From the NCBI GenBank assembly GCA_030614715.1, contig JAUWTM010000006.1, forward strand, positions 1-62,403: a DNA stretch of 62,403 bases. Reading direction: 5' to 3'. Below are positions 44,724 to 53,992 of the stretch, piece after piece. This stretch comes from Planctomycetota bacterium. GTDB lineage: Bacteria; JAJVIF01; JAPKYR01. The notes under the pieces are model-generated. The model ran no database searches, was not told where the DNA came from, and saw only the letters and a list, made by a program, of their open reading frames with translations. Both the position numbers and the translations under genes were made by a program. Position 1 is the first letter of the stretch, and each line of letters begins with the position of its first letter.

Positions 44724-47660
44724 ATGGTTTCACGTTCGATCATTTTCATCTGCATCCTGTTAATGCTGATGGCGTTGACCATTTCCTGTTCCGGAAGCGA
44801 TCCGGTCACAGGTGATACGGGAGTGCCCGAAGTAAGCGCGGACCGCACTGTGCAGGAGTATGACCTCAATCATTATCTCTGGAACTACCACCTGATCTAC
44901 GTGAATCTCCGGGAAAATGAGTTCGAAGTGATCCCGGTTCGGCAGGTCGCCGATCATTGGAACATTCTTGGATTCCTCGAGCAGGGACCGTGCACGGACT
45001 GCCTGAAAATCACCCAGATTCAGCCGTCGGGGAACGGAACACTGCTTGTCGACATCGGGATCACGCATCCGTTCGACAACGCCAATCTGACCGGATTCGA
45101 TGTGCGCGGGATAGCGATGTTCTCCGGAAGCCATTTCTTCCCGGAATCCGGACTGAACATGTCGGATCGGTGGCTCGGTGACGGCGTACTGGTCAATCCT
45201 GACGGATACACGACACTCTACAATGTCACAACTACCGGATCGGGTCCGGGCGGCCTGCAGGGATACATTGAAGGTGAACTGGCGACCGTATCTGCGCCTG
45301 ACGCGCTTTTGAACGGCTACAGGCGATTCATTTCCGCTGGCAGTGAAAACACGCGAAACGCCTTTTACAGCGGGGATGCGATCACGGTCACTTACGAGAT
45401 CGATATGCCGGACGGACCGTTCGCGTTCGGTTACGCTGTCGATGCGTGCTGGGCTCCCCCTGTGAACCAACCGGTCGTTGACCCGATGACCGATTTCGGT
45501 CCCGAAGCAAATTGTCCGGAAGCATGGAAGATGGTGGTTACAAGCACCTATGCCGGTGACGGTCTTACCGCCAGCGGCGGCAGCGCTATATTAACGATTG
45601 ATGTATTCGACTGGCAGGGGAAAGAAGATGTTCATCCGGTCGTGGTGGAATGCCCGGAGCTGTTCGACGGCGAAGTTGAAGGGATTTGGGTCTCGGACGG
45701 TGACGGGTACACGCGGTACGAGGCTGAAATCGAGAACGTCAAACTGGGGCAGTCAGGGTTTTACACATGTCTTGTGAGCAAGGAAGCCCAGGAGAACGAT
45801 CCGGTCGGCAAACCGTGGCTGAACCTGACCGCGTACCAGGTGTTCAATATCGCTGTAGGGTGGGCAGCCGATTACCCCATCGATGTCACACCGCCCTGGC
45901 TTAATTTTGATCCAATTGATATATGCATGGAAGGCAACAACGCTTACATAGCCGGGGGTGACAAAGGGCTGAATATATTCGGTATTACCGACCTCGAAAA
46001 TCCTGTCTGGGTCAGCTGGGTGGACACCGATTGGGAAACCAATAAAGTTACAGCATCTGGAAATTACGTATATGCTGTCAGTTCTTTGGCTGTTCCTGGT
46101 AACCCATGGAAGCTTGTTATAATTGATACAGATCCCCCGGAATCGGCTCATATCATCAATACATTGGACCTGAATGGCAGCGTATCCGACCTGGTTATAT
46201 CGGACGGCTACGCATGCGTTGGGTGCCGGCATCAGAGCGGACCGGAATTCATGGTAATCGATATCGATCCCCCGGAATCGGCCCATCTTGTATATTCAAC
46301 TACCGACTTACCGTTTAATTCCAGCGCTGATGTGGCGGCATCGGATGGGTACGCATATGTCATTACCGCTTCAGGCGTAAATATATACGATATCAATCCG
46401 GCGGAATCTGCACACTTCGTCAATACGGTAGAATCGGAATATGTTGATGAGGTTGTTGCCTCGGGAGGTTACATATGCACCACAAACTACAATCTGGGAA
46501 GTCAAATAATCGACGTAGATCCGCCGGAATCTGCGCATATAGTCAATTCGGTCTATACGCCTGGTACAACCAGAGAAATTGCAGCATCGGGAGGGTACGT
46601 GTACGTCAGAAGCTCATCACAAATTCATATCGTCGATGTCTACCCTCCGGAATCGGCTTACCATGTCCGTTCTGTCGATCTGATCGGTGCTGATGCCACT
46701 TCAATTGCAGCATCGGGAGGCTATGTGTATGTCGGGCGCGAATTTGCTGGACTTCAGATAATAGATGTCGATCCACCGGATTCGGCATACACCGCCAGCC
46801 AGTTAATCAAGATTAGAGACACCCATGGAGTCGCGTTATCCGAAGGCTACGCGTATGTTGCAGATACTTACGGACTCAGGATACTCGATATCAACACACC
46901 GGAATCGGCGGTTATTTATGTATCAGTCGATACGTCATATGTACCCAGGGCAGTCGCGATATCTTCCGGGTACGCATGTTTTGCTATTTCCTTGGAGGGA
47001 ATTCATCTGATTGATATCGATCCGCCTGAATCGGCTTACGTTATAAAGGCAGTTGATACGCCCGGTATGGCTCCAGGAGTAGCAATGTCCGGGGATTATG
47101 CATATGTCGCCGACAATGAGTATGGACTCCAGATAATAGACATTTCCCCGCCGGAATCGGCTTACATCGTGAAGGCAGTGGATACCCCCGGCATCGCACG
47201 CGGTGTCAGGTTGTCCGGAGCATACGCTTATGTCGCTGATAGCGCATACGGACTTCAGATAATCGACATCTCGTCACCCGAATCGGCTTTTATTCTCAAG
47301 TCGGTATATATGCCTGGCAGCACCTCGCGAGTTACCGTGTCCGGAGATTACGCATACATCGCGTATCACTATAATGAAAATTCAGGATTTCACGTAATCG
47401 ATATCAACCCGCCGGGACAGGCATACGTTGTCAAAAGTGTCCCTACGTACGGTGAAATCGCTGAAATCGCGATATCGGGAGGTTTCGCATACGTAGCATG
47501 TGGTTCAGTTCTTCAGATAATCGATATCGACCCGCTGGCGTTGACTTATACTATTGATTCCATCGAAATGCCTGACGACACCGAGGGAGTAGCTGTCTCG
47601 GAAAATTACGCGTACGTCGCGGATGGTCCAGAAGGGCTCAGGATCATTCAACTCTGGTAG
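44724..47660 (+). CDS. Modular lipoprotein family member 7 (N-module + LVIVD-like repeats), tandem paralog of member 6
   Basis: ATG 44724 after a G-run RBS mirrors member 6. The N-module is near-identical and the repeat type is the same. Confidence 0.9.
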   Translation: MVSRSIIFICILLMLMALTISCSGSDPVTGDTGVPEVSADRTVQEYDLNHYLWNYHLIYVNLRENEFEVIPVRQVADHWNILGFLEQGPCTDCLKITQIQPSGNGTLLVDIGITHPFDNANLTGFDVRGIAMFSGSHFFPESGLNMSDRWLGDGVLVNPDGYTTLYNVTTTGSGPGGLQGYIEGELATVSAPDALLNGYRRFISAGSENTRNAFYSGDAITVTYEIDMPDGPFAFGYAVDACWAPPVNQPVVDPMTDFGPEANCPEAWKMVVTSTYAGDGLTASGGSAILTIDVFDWQGKEDVHPVVVECPELFDGEVEGIWVSDGDGYTRYEAEIENVKLGQSGFYTCLVSKEAQENDPVGKPWLNLTAYQVFNIAVGWAADYPIDVTPPWLNFDPIDICMEGNNAYIAGGDKGLNIFGITDLENPVWVSWVDTDWETNKVTASGNYVYAVSSLAVPGNPWKLVIIDTDPPESAHIINTLDLNGSVSDLVISDGYACVGCRHQSGPEFMVIDIDPPESAHLVYSTTDLPFNSSADVAASDGYAYVITASGVNIYDINPAESAHFVNTVESEYVDEVVASGGYICTTNYNLGSQIIDVDPPESAHIVNSVYTPGTTREIAASGGYVYVRSSSQIHIVDVYPPESAYHVRSVDLIGADATSIAASGGYVYVGREFAGLQIIDVDPPDSAYTASQLIKIRDTHGVALSEGYAYVADTYGLRILDINTPESAVIYVSVDTSYVPRAVAISSGYACFAISLEGIHLIDIDPPESAYVIKAVDTPGMAPGVAMSGDYAYVADNEYGLQIIDISPPESAYIVKAVDTPGIARGVRLSGAYAYVADSAYGLQIIDISSPESAFILKSVYMPGSTSRVTVSGDYAYIAYHYNENSGFHVIDINPPGQAYVVKSVPTYGEIAEIAISGGFAYVACGSVLQIIDIDPLALTYTIDSIEMPDDTEGVAVSENYAYVADGPEGLRIIQLW

Positions 47661-47764
47661 AGATTCGCCGCATAGTTTAAGAAAAACAACTACTTCTCCA
47701 CTTTGAGTTTGCCGGAAGCAAACACCACTATGGCCCGATCGCAGGATACGTCCAGCACAGTATG

Positions 47765-50368
47765 TCAATACCACTGTCCGCTCGGGACGTAGAACCTGTG
47801 TCCGATTCTCTGGTTTCCGAACGTGCCGCCGTCCTTGGTGTAGATCGTGTCCGTAATCCCGTTGATTGCTACCGCCTGGCAGCCGTACGCGACGTAGGTC
47901 CCGCCGACGTACTGGTACCAGATATCGTTTCCAAGCGACGCATCGAGTCTCGTGCAGCCGACTTTCTCAGCGGTGTAACCTGCCGGAATAATCTCAGCCC
48001 AGCAGACAATCTGCGCATCCTGTTCACCCTCGAGGATGTCACCGCTGGAATCGAAGTTGTCGATCATGATGTCCGCACGGTCGGTGCATTCGATATCCCA
48101 GAAATCGACGATCGGGTTATCGTTACCATCGATGGTCGAATCGAAGCTGCCGTCGCATTCGACACGATAAAGCTGGCCGCTCATCGAGCCGTTGGTAAGG
48201 ATATAGAACGCTTCGTTGTAGAAGTTAATGACGAAATCGAACACCCAGCCCTCCATGTCGGAGCCGTTGAGGTCCATGTCGAAATTCCGCCCGGTATTTT
48301 CCACATAAGTGCTTCCCGACACCTCGAAGCAGTGCATTTCATTGTCGACATCAATTACCCAGATCGTTTCGTACTCGTCGATATCGATAGCCTGGATCCT
48401 GGCACCGACGCTGAAACCCGTTCCGATCTCGCTCATCGTGGTCGTGTCGAAAACATGAAATGCTATGTCAGAACCTGTCACGATATCGGTTTTCTGCGGG
48501 AACAGGCGCCGCTCCCATCCAAACGAATCGAGAACGCTGTCGTCGAACTCTACGTACACAATCCTGTTGTCCATGCCGACATCGATGCTCATCGTTTCGA
48601 CGTTGGTTACATAAACAGTCGAGTTTGATCCGTGAGTGCCGAGGTTTGGATGAACACTCCCGATCTGGTTAAGGCCGTCACGACCGTTTACCACCATCAG
48701 GTCTTCCGTGTTGTGCATGAAATCCATGTCGATGCAATTTTCATCGCTGTCGTAGTCGATGATCGGCGTGAAGTACGCCCACTGTGTTCCTGACTGCGTA
48801 GCGGGAGTCAGCGTGTACGAGTAAGCCGCGTTTGGAGCGTACGGACAGCAGTTAGCCTCTGGAGTTGCTGTCACTACAAGTGGTGTCGCAGTAACGGGCG
48901 GGTTGATAGAATCGGTCACCTGGCAGTTGACCTTCCAGTCACCTGCTCCGTACGCCTGCCAGTTGATCGAGTAAGTTTCATCCTCGCCGGTGATGTCGAA
49001 GACGTCGGGATTGCTGTCGGCGACGATACTCCACGTATATGTAAGAGGATCGCCGTCGGGATCGATCGCTGTCACGCTGTAGATTTCAGCATCGCATTCA
49101 GTGACAGGTGTCGGACCTTCGACTCCCGCGGTGATCTCAGGGGGATCATTAACGGGGCTTTCCGACAGGATTGTAAATTCGAACCTGAAACAAGCCTGCA
49201 ACGGACCACTGGCGTTATTCGGGATTCCGAAATCGTTGCTGTAATCGTAATCCGGGTATTCAACGACCACCCAGAGGGTCTGATCGTTACCGGTCAGGCT
49301 GTCCGGGGTCGCTTCTGCACGATATTTGTAGTAATGGTTCCCCGCATCGACCGGGATCATCTCGGTTGAACTGAGCGTGTAAGGTGTGCTGAACATGGAT
49401 GACGAAAGTTTGATTACATACTCTTCCATGGCACCGGACACCGGAGCGACCGCCCACCAGTCGAGGACCGATATTTCAGCGATCAACTCTCCACCGCCAC
49501 CGTCGGTTGAATTCCACCACAACGTAGATTCGGTGTTGTCGAAATCAACCGCGACCGCTTCGTCCGCATTAGCTATCTGTGGGAAATCATCGACAGACGA
49601 GGGGGGATCGGGATCGTTAACGTTAGCTTCCCAATGGGCAACGACAGCATAATTGAACTGGATTCCGACACTGCCGGGGAACTCCAGCACGTACTGACGC
49701 GAATTCGCACCGGTTGTGAAGACTCCGCGACTGGTATATCCGGGATCGGTGAGGTTCATCCAGAGATCCTCATCCGCGCCCAGTGTGTCGGTGAAATACT
49801 TGTACGGCATCAGGGTCGCGGGAGCGTAGTAGCCCGGAGTCGCCAGGTTTCCATGCGTATAGGCAAGCAGCGGAAGTCCGCCGTTGAATTCAGTGGGATT
49901 GAACCATCGAGTGAAGCCGTCAGCGTTGAGCAGCCTCTGGTCACCCGAACCGGGATAATGCAGATCGGAGTTCCAGTCCGCAGTATTGCCCGCTTCGCCG
50001 ATGAAAACACCCATTACATCGAATCCCCAGTACTGGTCGAGTCCGGGGAACGGATGCGAAAGCGTGATACGGCAGGTAATCACTTCACCATCGATATTTA
50101 TGATATTCACTCCCACACCGGAGGGTGATCCGTTCAGGAAGTTGACGACGTTGCAGGTGAACTCGACTCCCCTGAGCGGAGCGACAACGAACTCACCCGA
50201 CGTTTCGTCGAGAGCGATATCGTAGTAACCCCAGAGATGGGTATTGGAATCATTGTGTACGGCTTGATTTGTCATGTCAGGGGCTGTAGGAAGGTCGTCC
50301 TTCCCGTGCATGCATCCGAGAAGGATAAGCGCAATAAAAACAGGAACCAGTTTGTAAAGGTGATTCAT
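47765..50368 (-). CDS. Modular lipoprotein family member 8 (N-module + cadherin/PKD-like Ig domain + unassigned beta-rich C-terminus)
   Basis: Lipobox 'LLGC'; HPFPG/GFDVMG/NADGFT; 'NDPPEIT...AIDPDGDPLTYTW'. Confidence 0.88.
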   Translation of the reverse strand: MNHLYKLVPVFIALILLGCMHGKDDLPTAPDMTNQAVHNDSNTHLWGYYDIALDETSGEFVVAPLRGVEFTCNVVNFLNGSPSGVGVNIINIDGEVITCRITLSHPFPGLDQYWGFDVMGVFIGEAGNTADWNSDLHYPGSGDQRLLNADGFTRWFNPTEFNGGLPLLAYTHGNLATPGYYAPATLMPYKYFTDTLGADEDLWMNLTDPGYTSRGVFTTGANSRQYVLEFPGSVGIQFNYAVVAHWEANVNDPDPPSSVDDFPQIANADEAVAVDFDNTESTLWWNSTDGGGGELIAEISVLDWWAVAPVSGAMEEYVIKLSSSMFSTPYTLSSTEMIPVDAGNHYYKYRAEATPDSLTGNDQTLWVVVEYPDYDYSNDFGIPNNASGPLQACFRFEFTILSESPVNDPPEITAGVEGPTPVTECDAEIYSVTAIDPDGDPLTYTWSIVADSNPDVFDITGEDETYSINWQAYGAGDWKVNCQVTDSINPPVTATPLVVTATPEANCCPYAPNAAYSYTLTPATQSGTQWAYFTPIIDYDSDENCIDMDFMHNTEDLMVVNGRDGLNQIGSVHPNLGTHGSNSTVYVTNVETMSIDVGMDNRIVYVEFDDSVLDSFGWERRLFPQKTDIVTGSDIAFHVFDTTTMSEIGTGFSVGARIQAIDIDEYETIWVIDVDNEMHCFEVSGSTYVENTGRNFDMDLNGSDMEGWVFDFVINFYNEAFYILTNGSMSGQLYRVECDGSFDSTIDGNDNPIVDFWDIECTDRADIMIDNFDSSGDILEGEQDAQIVCWAEIIPAGYTAEKVGCTRLDASLGNDIWYQYVGGTYVAYGCQAVAINGITDTIYTKDGGTFGNQRIGHRFYVPSGQWY

Positions 50369-50492
50369 TGTAGACCTCTATTAACAGGAAGTTAGTGGTT
50401 TATATTGTAGCATAACGGGATTACTAACGGTCCATCTGCCTGAAGCAAACGTACCGCTATCCCGATTACTGGTAGCGATCCTGTGCTGCGTA

Positions 50493-53400
50493 CTAATATA
50501 AATCGAAAACTCGCACACCATGGCCATATTTGCAGACGAACAGCCATCCGTCGTGTACGGTCATCTCGGTTGTGAGTGCGTCTGGAGTAGAGATCTGTAT
50601 CCCCGTGATTGCAGGGCTGTCCGGGGGATACACACTCACCACTTGTATTACATCGCTGCCCTGATCGGTAACATACGCATACTGCCCTTCGACATCCATG
50701 AAGGCCATGGTGCCGGGATACGGCATTGGAGTAGTACTCTCATGATCAAGGTTGGATGGGTCAGTTTGATCGAATATCATCAGCGTATCGGTTGAAAGAA
50801 CGTACAGGTACTCGTTCAGGACCTCAGCCATCCTCAAGTCATATCCGTGGATATTGGTTAATACGTGAGTCCAGTCAAAGGCAGTACCCATGAACCAGAT
50901 ATCGAATTTCCAACTTGACAGCCGTGGCGTAGATACGTAGTTCTTTGATAAGTCAAAAGCAAAATCAAAGTACGGATCACCGTCAGGTAACGGAAAGTCT
51001 GGTTTCGGGAAAATGGCAGGTGCCTGGGAGACGTCGTAGATCTTCATTATTCCTGTATCAAGCGACACATAAAGCCCATAGTTTGTCATCTCCATCGCAG
51101 TTATGTTGCCGGTCAATGTGTCCGAATAGAGTTCATTAATTATCAGCGGATTAGTTGTGTAATCGTAGACCCATATCTTATGAGCCTGGGAAGAACCTAC
51201 AGCGAACAAATCACCGTAACCTGTAATTTCATATGCGGCATTCTCAAGAGGGAACTCCTCTCTGACATATTCCTGTGGCGGATCACTGACCGCAATCGCA
51301 GTGATTGTCCCATATCCCAGGACTCCCTCGACAAAAAACATGAAGTCATCCTTAATCTCGACATCAAAAGGATTATTCAGGCATTTGGTGTTAGCTTCCT
51401 CGACAGGTGATCCTGGACTGGAACGGTCATACAGCACCACTCCCGGGCCTTCCTGGACATTCAGGAGTTGAGTGTCCGTCGCATGTATATACTGGGCTGG
51501 TGACTGGGTCGGTACGTTCGCGGTATGCACAAACGCGTTTTTTGCAGCGAAGTTGTAAACATCTATTCCATGGTTACCATTAGCGACGTATGCATAAACT
51601 CCATCAGCGCAGACACTGTTGCCATACCCGGCCAAATTCGCGTAACCCCAGTTATCAAGCCCGGTCACGTGATCCCATTTGAATACAAGCAAGTAACCGT
51701 CGGGAACTGAGTCAAAGTGCGTTTTAACAATATAATCACCGGACACACGCATATCCATATTGATCGCACCCGGGTTCAGAACAGTATCCTTGGGGGTAAT
51801 CGATACCTCGACGTCATAGGTCCTCATTACTTCCGCTGTCATCGTCACAAGTGTTGTATTGGGCCCCTCAGGATCCAGCAGTCCCAGCCTTTTAACATTG
51901 TGGTCGATAGCGGTCCCACCAAGATTATCTGGTTGTGTTGGATCTGTCGCGTATTCGTAAACTCTTATCATCGTTTCCGAGCCGTTATCAGTTGCGATGT
52001 ACAGGTGAGTTGAGTTCATCACCATCGCTTCAATCTGACTGTTGATCCCGGACACGTCGATAACTGCTTCATATTTCACCGGTGCCGCCGGAACCGAAAA
52101 ATCGATCAGGTCGACTGTGCCGCCAAACGGGTAATCCCAGATATACAGGTACGGGTGATAATAGCCGGGAATACCTTCGAAACCATCGTATGTCCTGCCC
52201 TGGAAATTGAAACTGCCGTTGGTAAAGTAGCTCCATGTTCCAGCGGTGCCTGTCATAATCGCCATGGTTTCGGAATCATGGTCGGTGCCAACCCAATTTG
52301 CTCCACAGTCCCAACGGTCCGGAGTAATGTCGACCGGATTGGACGGCTGTACATCTGTCAATTCAAGCTCGGTTTCCAGCAGGTACATCATTCCTGCAGG
52401 TCCGGGATTCCCTATCTGCGTTGCGCCGGCCTGGAGATAATGAATTCCGGGTGGCAGCCAGGTGGTATCAAGGTCTATTACCAGATAGTCAACCATGTTG
52501 TATGAGCCCACGATGTAATCACCGTCAGCATCATACAGTGCCAACTCACAAGTATCGGCATCGCTGTACCAGCGAATCTCCCCACTCACTTCATAACCCG
52601 CCGGTATTTCAAACCAGTACCAGTCCTCCGTGTCGACCGAATCGCATAACTCCCCGGTGACAGTTTCGACAAGCCCAATTTCTACAGCCTCACCGAGTGA
52701 ATTATTCGAGTCCGCTTCGCAGCTCGGATCTATTACATCGAGTGTGATCACCTGCCACGCCGAAACATTGCTCGATGGAGCAGTCCCCCCGAGCCCCTGA
52801 TCGTACAGGGGTCCGGTGGCAGATTGCACTCTCGTCGCGACTACTGATTCTCCCGGTGCGGACGGTGACGCTATTCCAAGCAGGTCACACGTATAGCGTG
52901 CTTTTTCAACGGTCTGATCGAGGAAAACTGCGTCGACTGCACCAAACAAACCCGGTGAGTAGATTCTGACAGTACTTACCTCCGCTGCAATATCTCCAGT
53001 TTGTATCCCCTGCCAGTCGTGCACATTTACCTGAAATCGAAGCACACCACCGTGCATTCCCGATTCCGTATCATAATAAAGGCTGTTGGCAGTCGGCTGG
53101 AGAACAACCCGGTATGCTTCGGGCTGGTTTGCGTTGATTGGAAAGTCGTCAGGGATCTCAACCGGAGGATTCGGGCTCGGTGCATGCCACGAAGCGTCAA
53201 TTGCATACCCGTAGACAACCTGCGGACCGGGATCCATCGGAAACTGGATCTGGTATCTCCGAGTGTTACTTGATCCGGCCGTGAAAACAGCACGTCCCTC
53301 GTCGTCATCGAGAGGTGTACCCGAGACCCATGCAAGAGAATCGGTCGGCTCAAGGACATCCGCGAAAAGCTTGTACGGATTGACTGTCGCGGTCAGTTGA

Positions 53401-53945
53401 GGTGCTCCGGCGTTTGCAAGGACACCCTGGATGTATCCGAACATGCCTGTCGAAGTAAACTCTGTAGGATTCCACCATCGGGTGTATCCGTCCGCATTTA
53501 CCAGCCTGGTTTCATCCGGATCAGCAAGCCGTAAAGTCCCGACGTCCAGCGATCCGGGGGTCATCAGGATTCCCTTTACATCGAATCCTGACAACTGAGG
53601 TTTTGCACCAAACGGATGTTCCAGTGTTATGTCCAGGACAATGTAACCGCTGGGTGGGTCCGATTCTGACGGTACTCCGGCGACTGATATCCCCATTGTT
53701 GCGTTCAGAATGCCTGTTACGTTCAGGTGAAGGTCGGCTGTACGAAGTGGTTGAACGTCGACAGTCAAATCGCGTGTGTCCATTGCCAATGCATAGAAAC
53801 CCAGGCAGTTATGGCTCTGGACGTTTTGAAGGAGTTCAACATCGTGGCTCACACCAGGTTCGATTGGATTCGACTGGCATCCGATCATGCTGACAGCAAG
53901 CACGAGCAGGATTAAATACTGGCTGATTTGTTTTCGGTTGTTCAT
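50493..53945 (-). CDS. Modular lipoprotein family member 9 (N-module + PPC-like + degenerate LVIVD-like propellers)
   Basis: Lipobox 'MIGC'; HPFG/GFDVKG/NADGYT; PPC-like 'DTEDWYWF...LALYD'; 'GVYAYVA' and 'GQYAYV'. Confidence 0.9.
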   Translation of the reverse strand: MNNRKQISQYLILLVLAVSMIGCQSNPIEPGVSHDVELLQNVQSHNCLGFYALAMDTRDLTVDVQPLRTADLHLNVTGILNATMGISVAGVPSESDPPSGYIVLDITLEHPFGAKPQLSGFDVKGILMTPGSLDVGTLRLADPDETRLVNADGYTRWWNPTEFTSTGMFGYIQGVLANAGAPQLTATVNPYKLFADVLEPTDSLAWVSGTPLDDDEGRAVFTAGSSNTRRYQIQFPMDPGPQVVYGYAIDASWHAPSPNPPVEIPDDFPINANQPEAYRVVLQPTANSLYYDTESGMHGGVLRFQVNVHDWQGIQTGDIAAEVSTVRIYSPGLFGAVDAVFLDQTVEKARYTCDLLGIASPSAPGESVVATRVQSATGPLYDQGLGGTAPSSNVSAWQVITLDVIDPSCEADSNNSLGEAVEIGLVETVTGELCDSVDTEDWYWFEIPAGYEVSGEIRWYSDADTCELALYDADGDYIVGSYNMVDYLVIDLDTTWLPPGIHYLQAGATQIGNPGPAGMMYLLETELELTDVQPSNPVDITPDRWDCGANWVGTDHDSETMAIMTGTAGTWSYFTNGSFNFQGRTYDGFEGIPGYYHPYLYIWDYPFGGTVDLIDFSVPAAPVKYEAVIDVSGINSQIEAMVMNSTHLYIATDNGSETMIRVYEYATDPTQPDNLGGTAIDHNVKRLGLLDPEGPNTTLVTMTAEVMRTYDVEVSITPKDTVLNPGAINMDMRVSGDYIVKTHFDSVPDGYLLVFKWDHVTGLDNWGYANLAGYGNSVCADGVYAYVANGNHGIDVYNFAAKNAFVHTANVPTQSPAQYIHATDTQLLNVQEGPGVVLYDRSSPGSPVEEANTKCLNNPFDVEIKDDFMFFVEGVLGYGTITAIAVSDPPQEYVREEFPLENAAYEITGYGDLFAVGSSQAHKIWVYDYTTNPLIINELYSDTLTGNITAMEMTNYGLYVSLDTGIMKIYDVSQAPAIFPKPDFPLPDGDPYFDFAFDLSKNYVSTPRLSSWKFDIWFMGTAFDWTHVLTNIHGYDLRMAEVLNEYLYVLSTDTLMIFDQTDPSNLDHESTTPMPYPGTMAFMDVEGQYAYVTDQGSDVIQVVSVYPPDSPAITGIQISTPDALTTEMTVHDGWLFVCKYGHGVRVFDLY

Positions 53946-53962
53946 TAATTTACCTCATTGGC

Positions 53963-53983
53963 CCGGTCGTTTGAAGCGACCGG
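53963..53983. other. Intergenic stem-loop between tandem paralogs
   Basis: CCGGTCG...CGACCGG inverted repeat without a U-tract. Confidence 0.45.
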
Positions 53984-53992
53984 TATTGTTAA

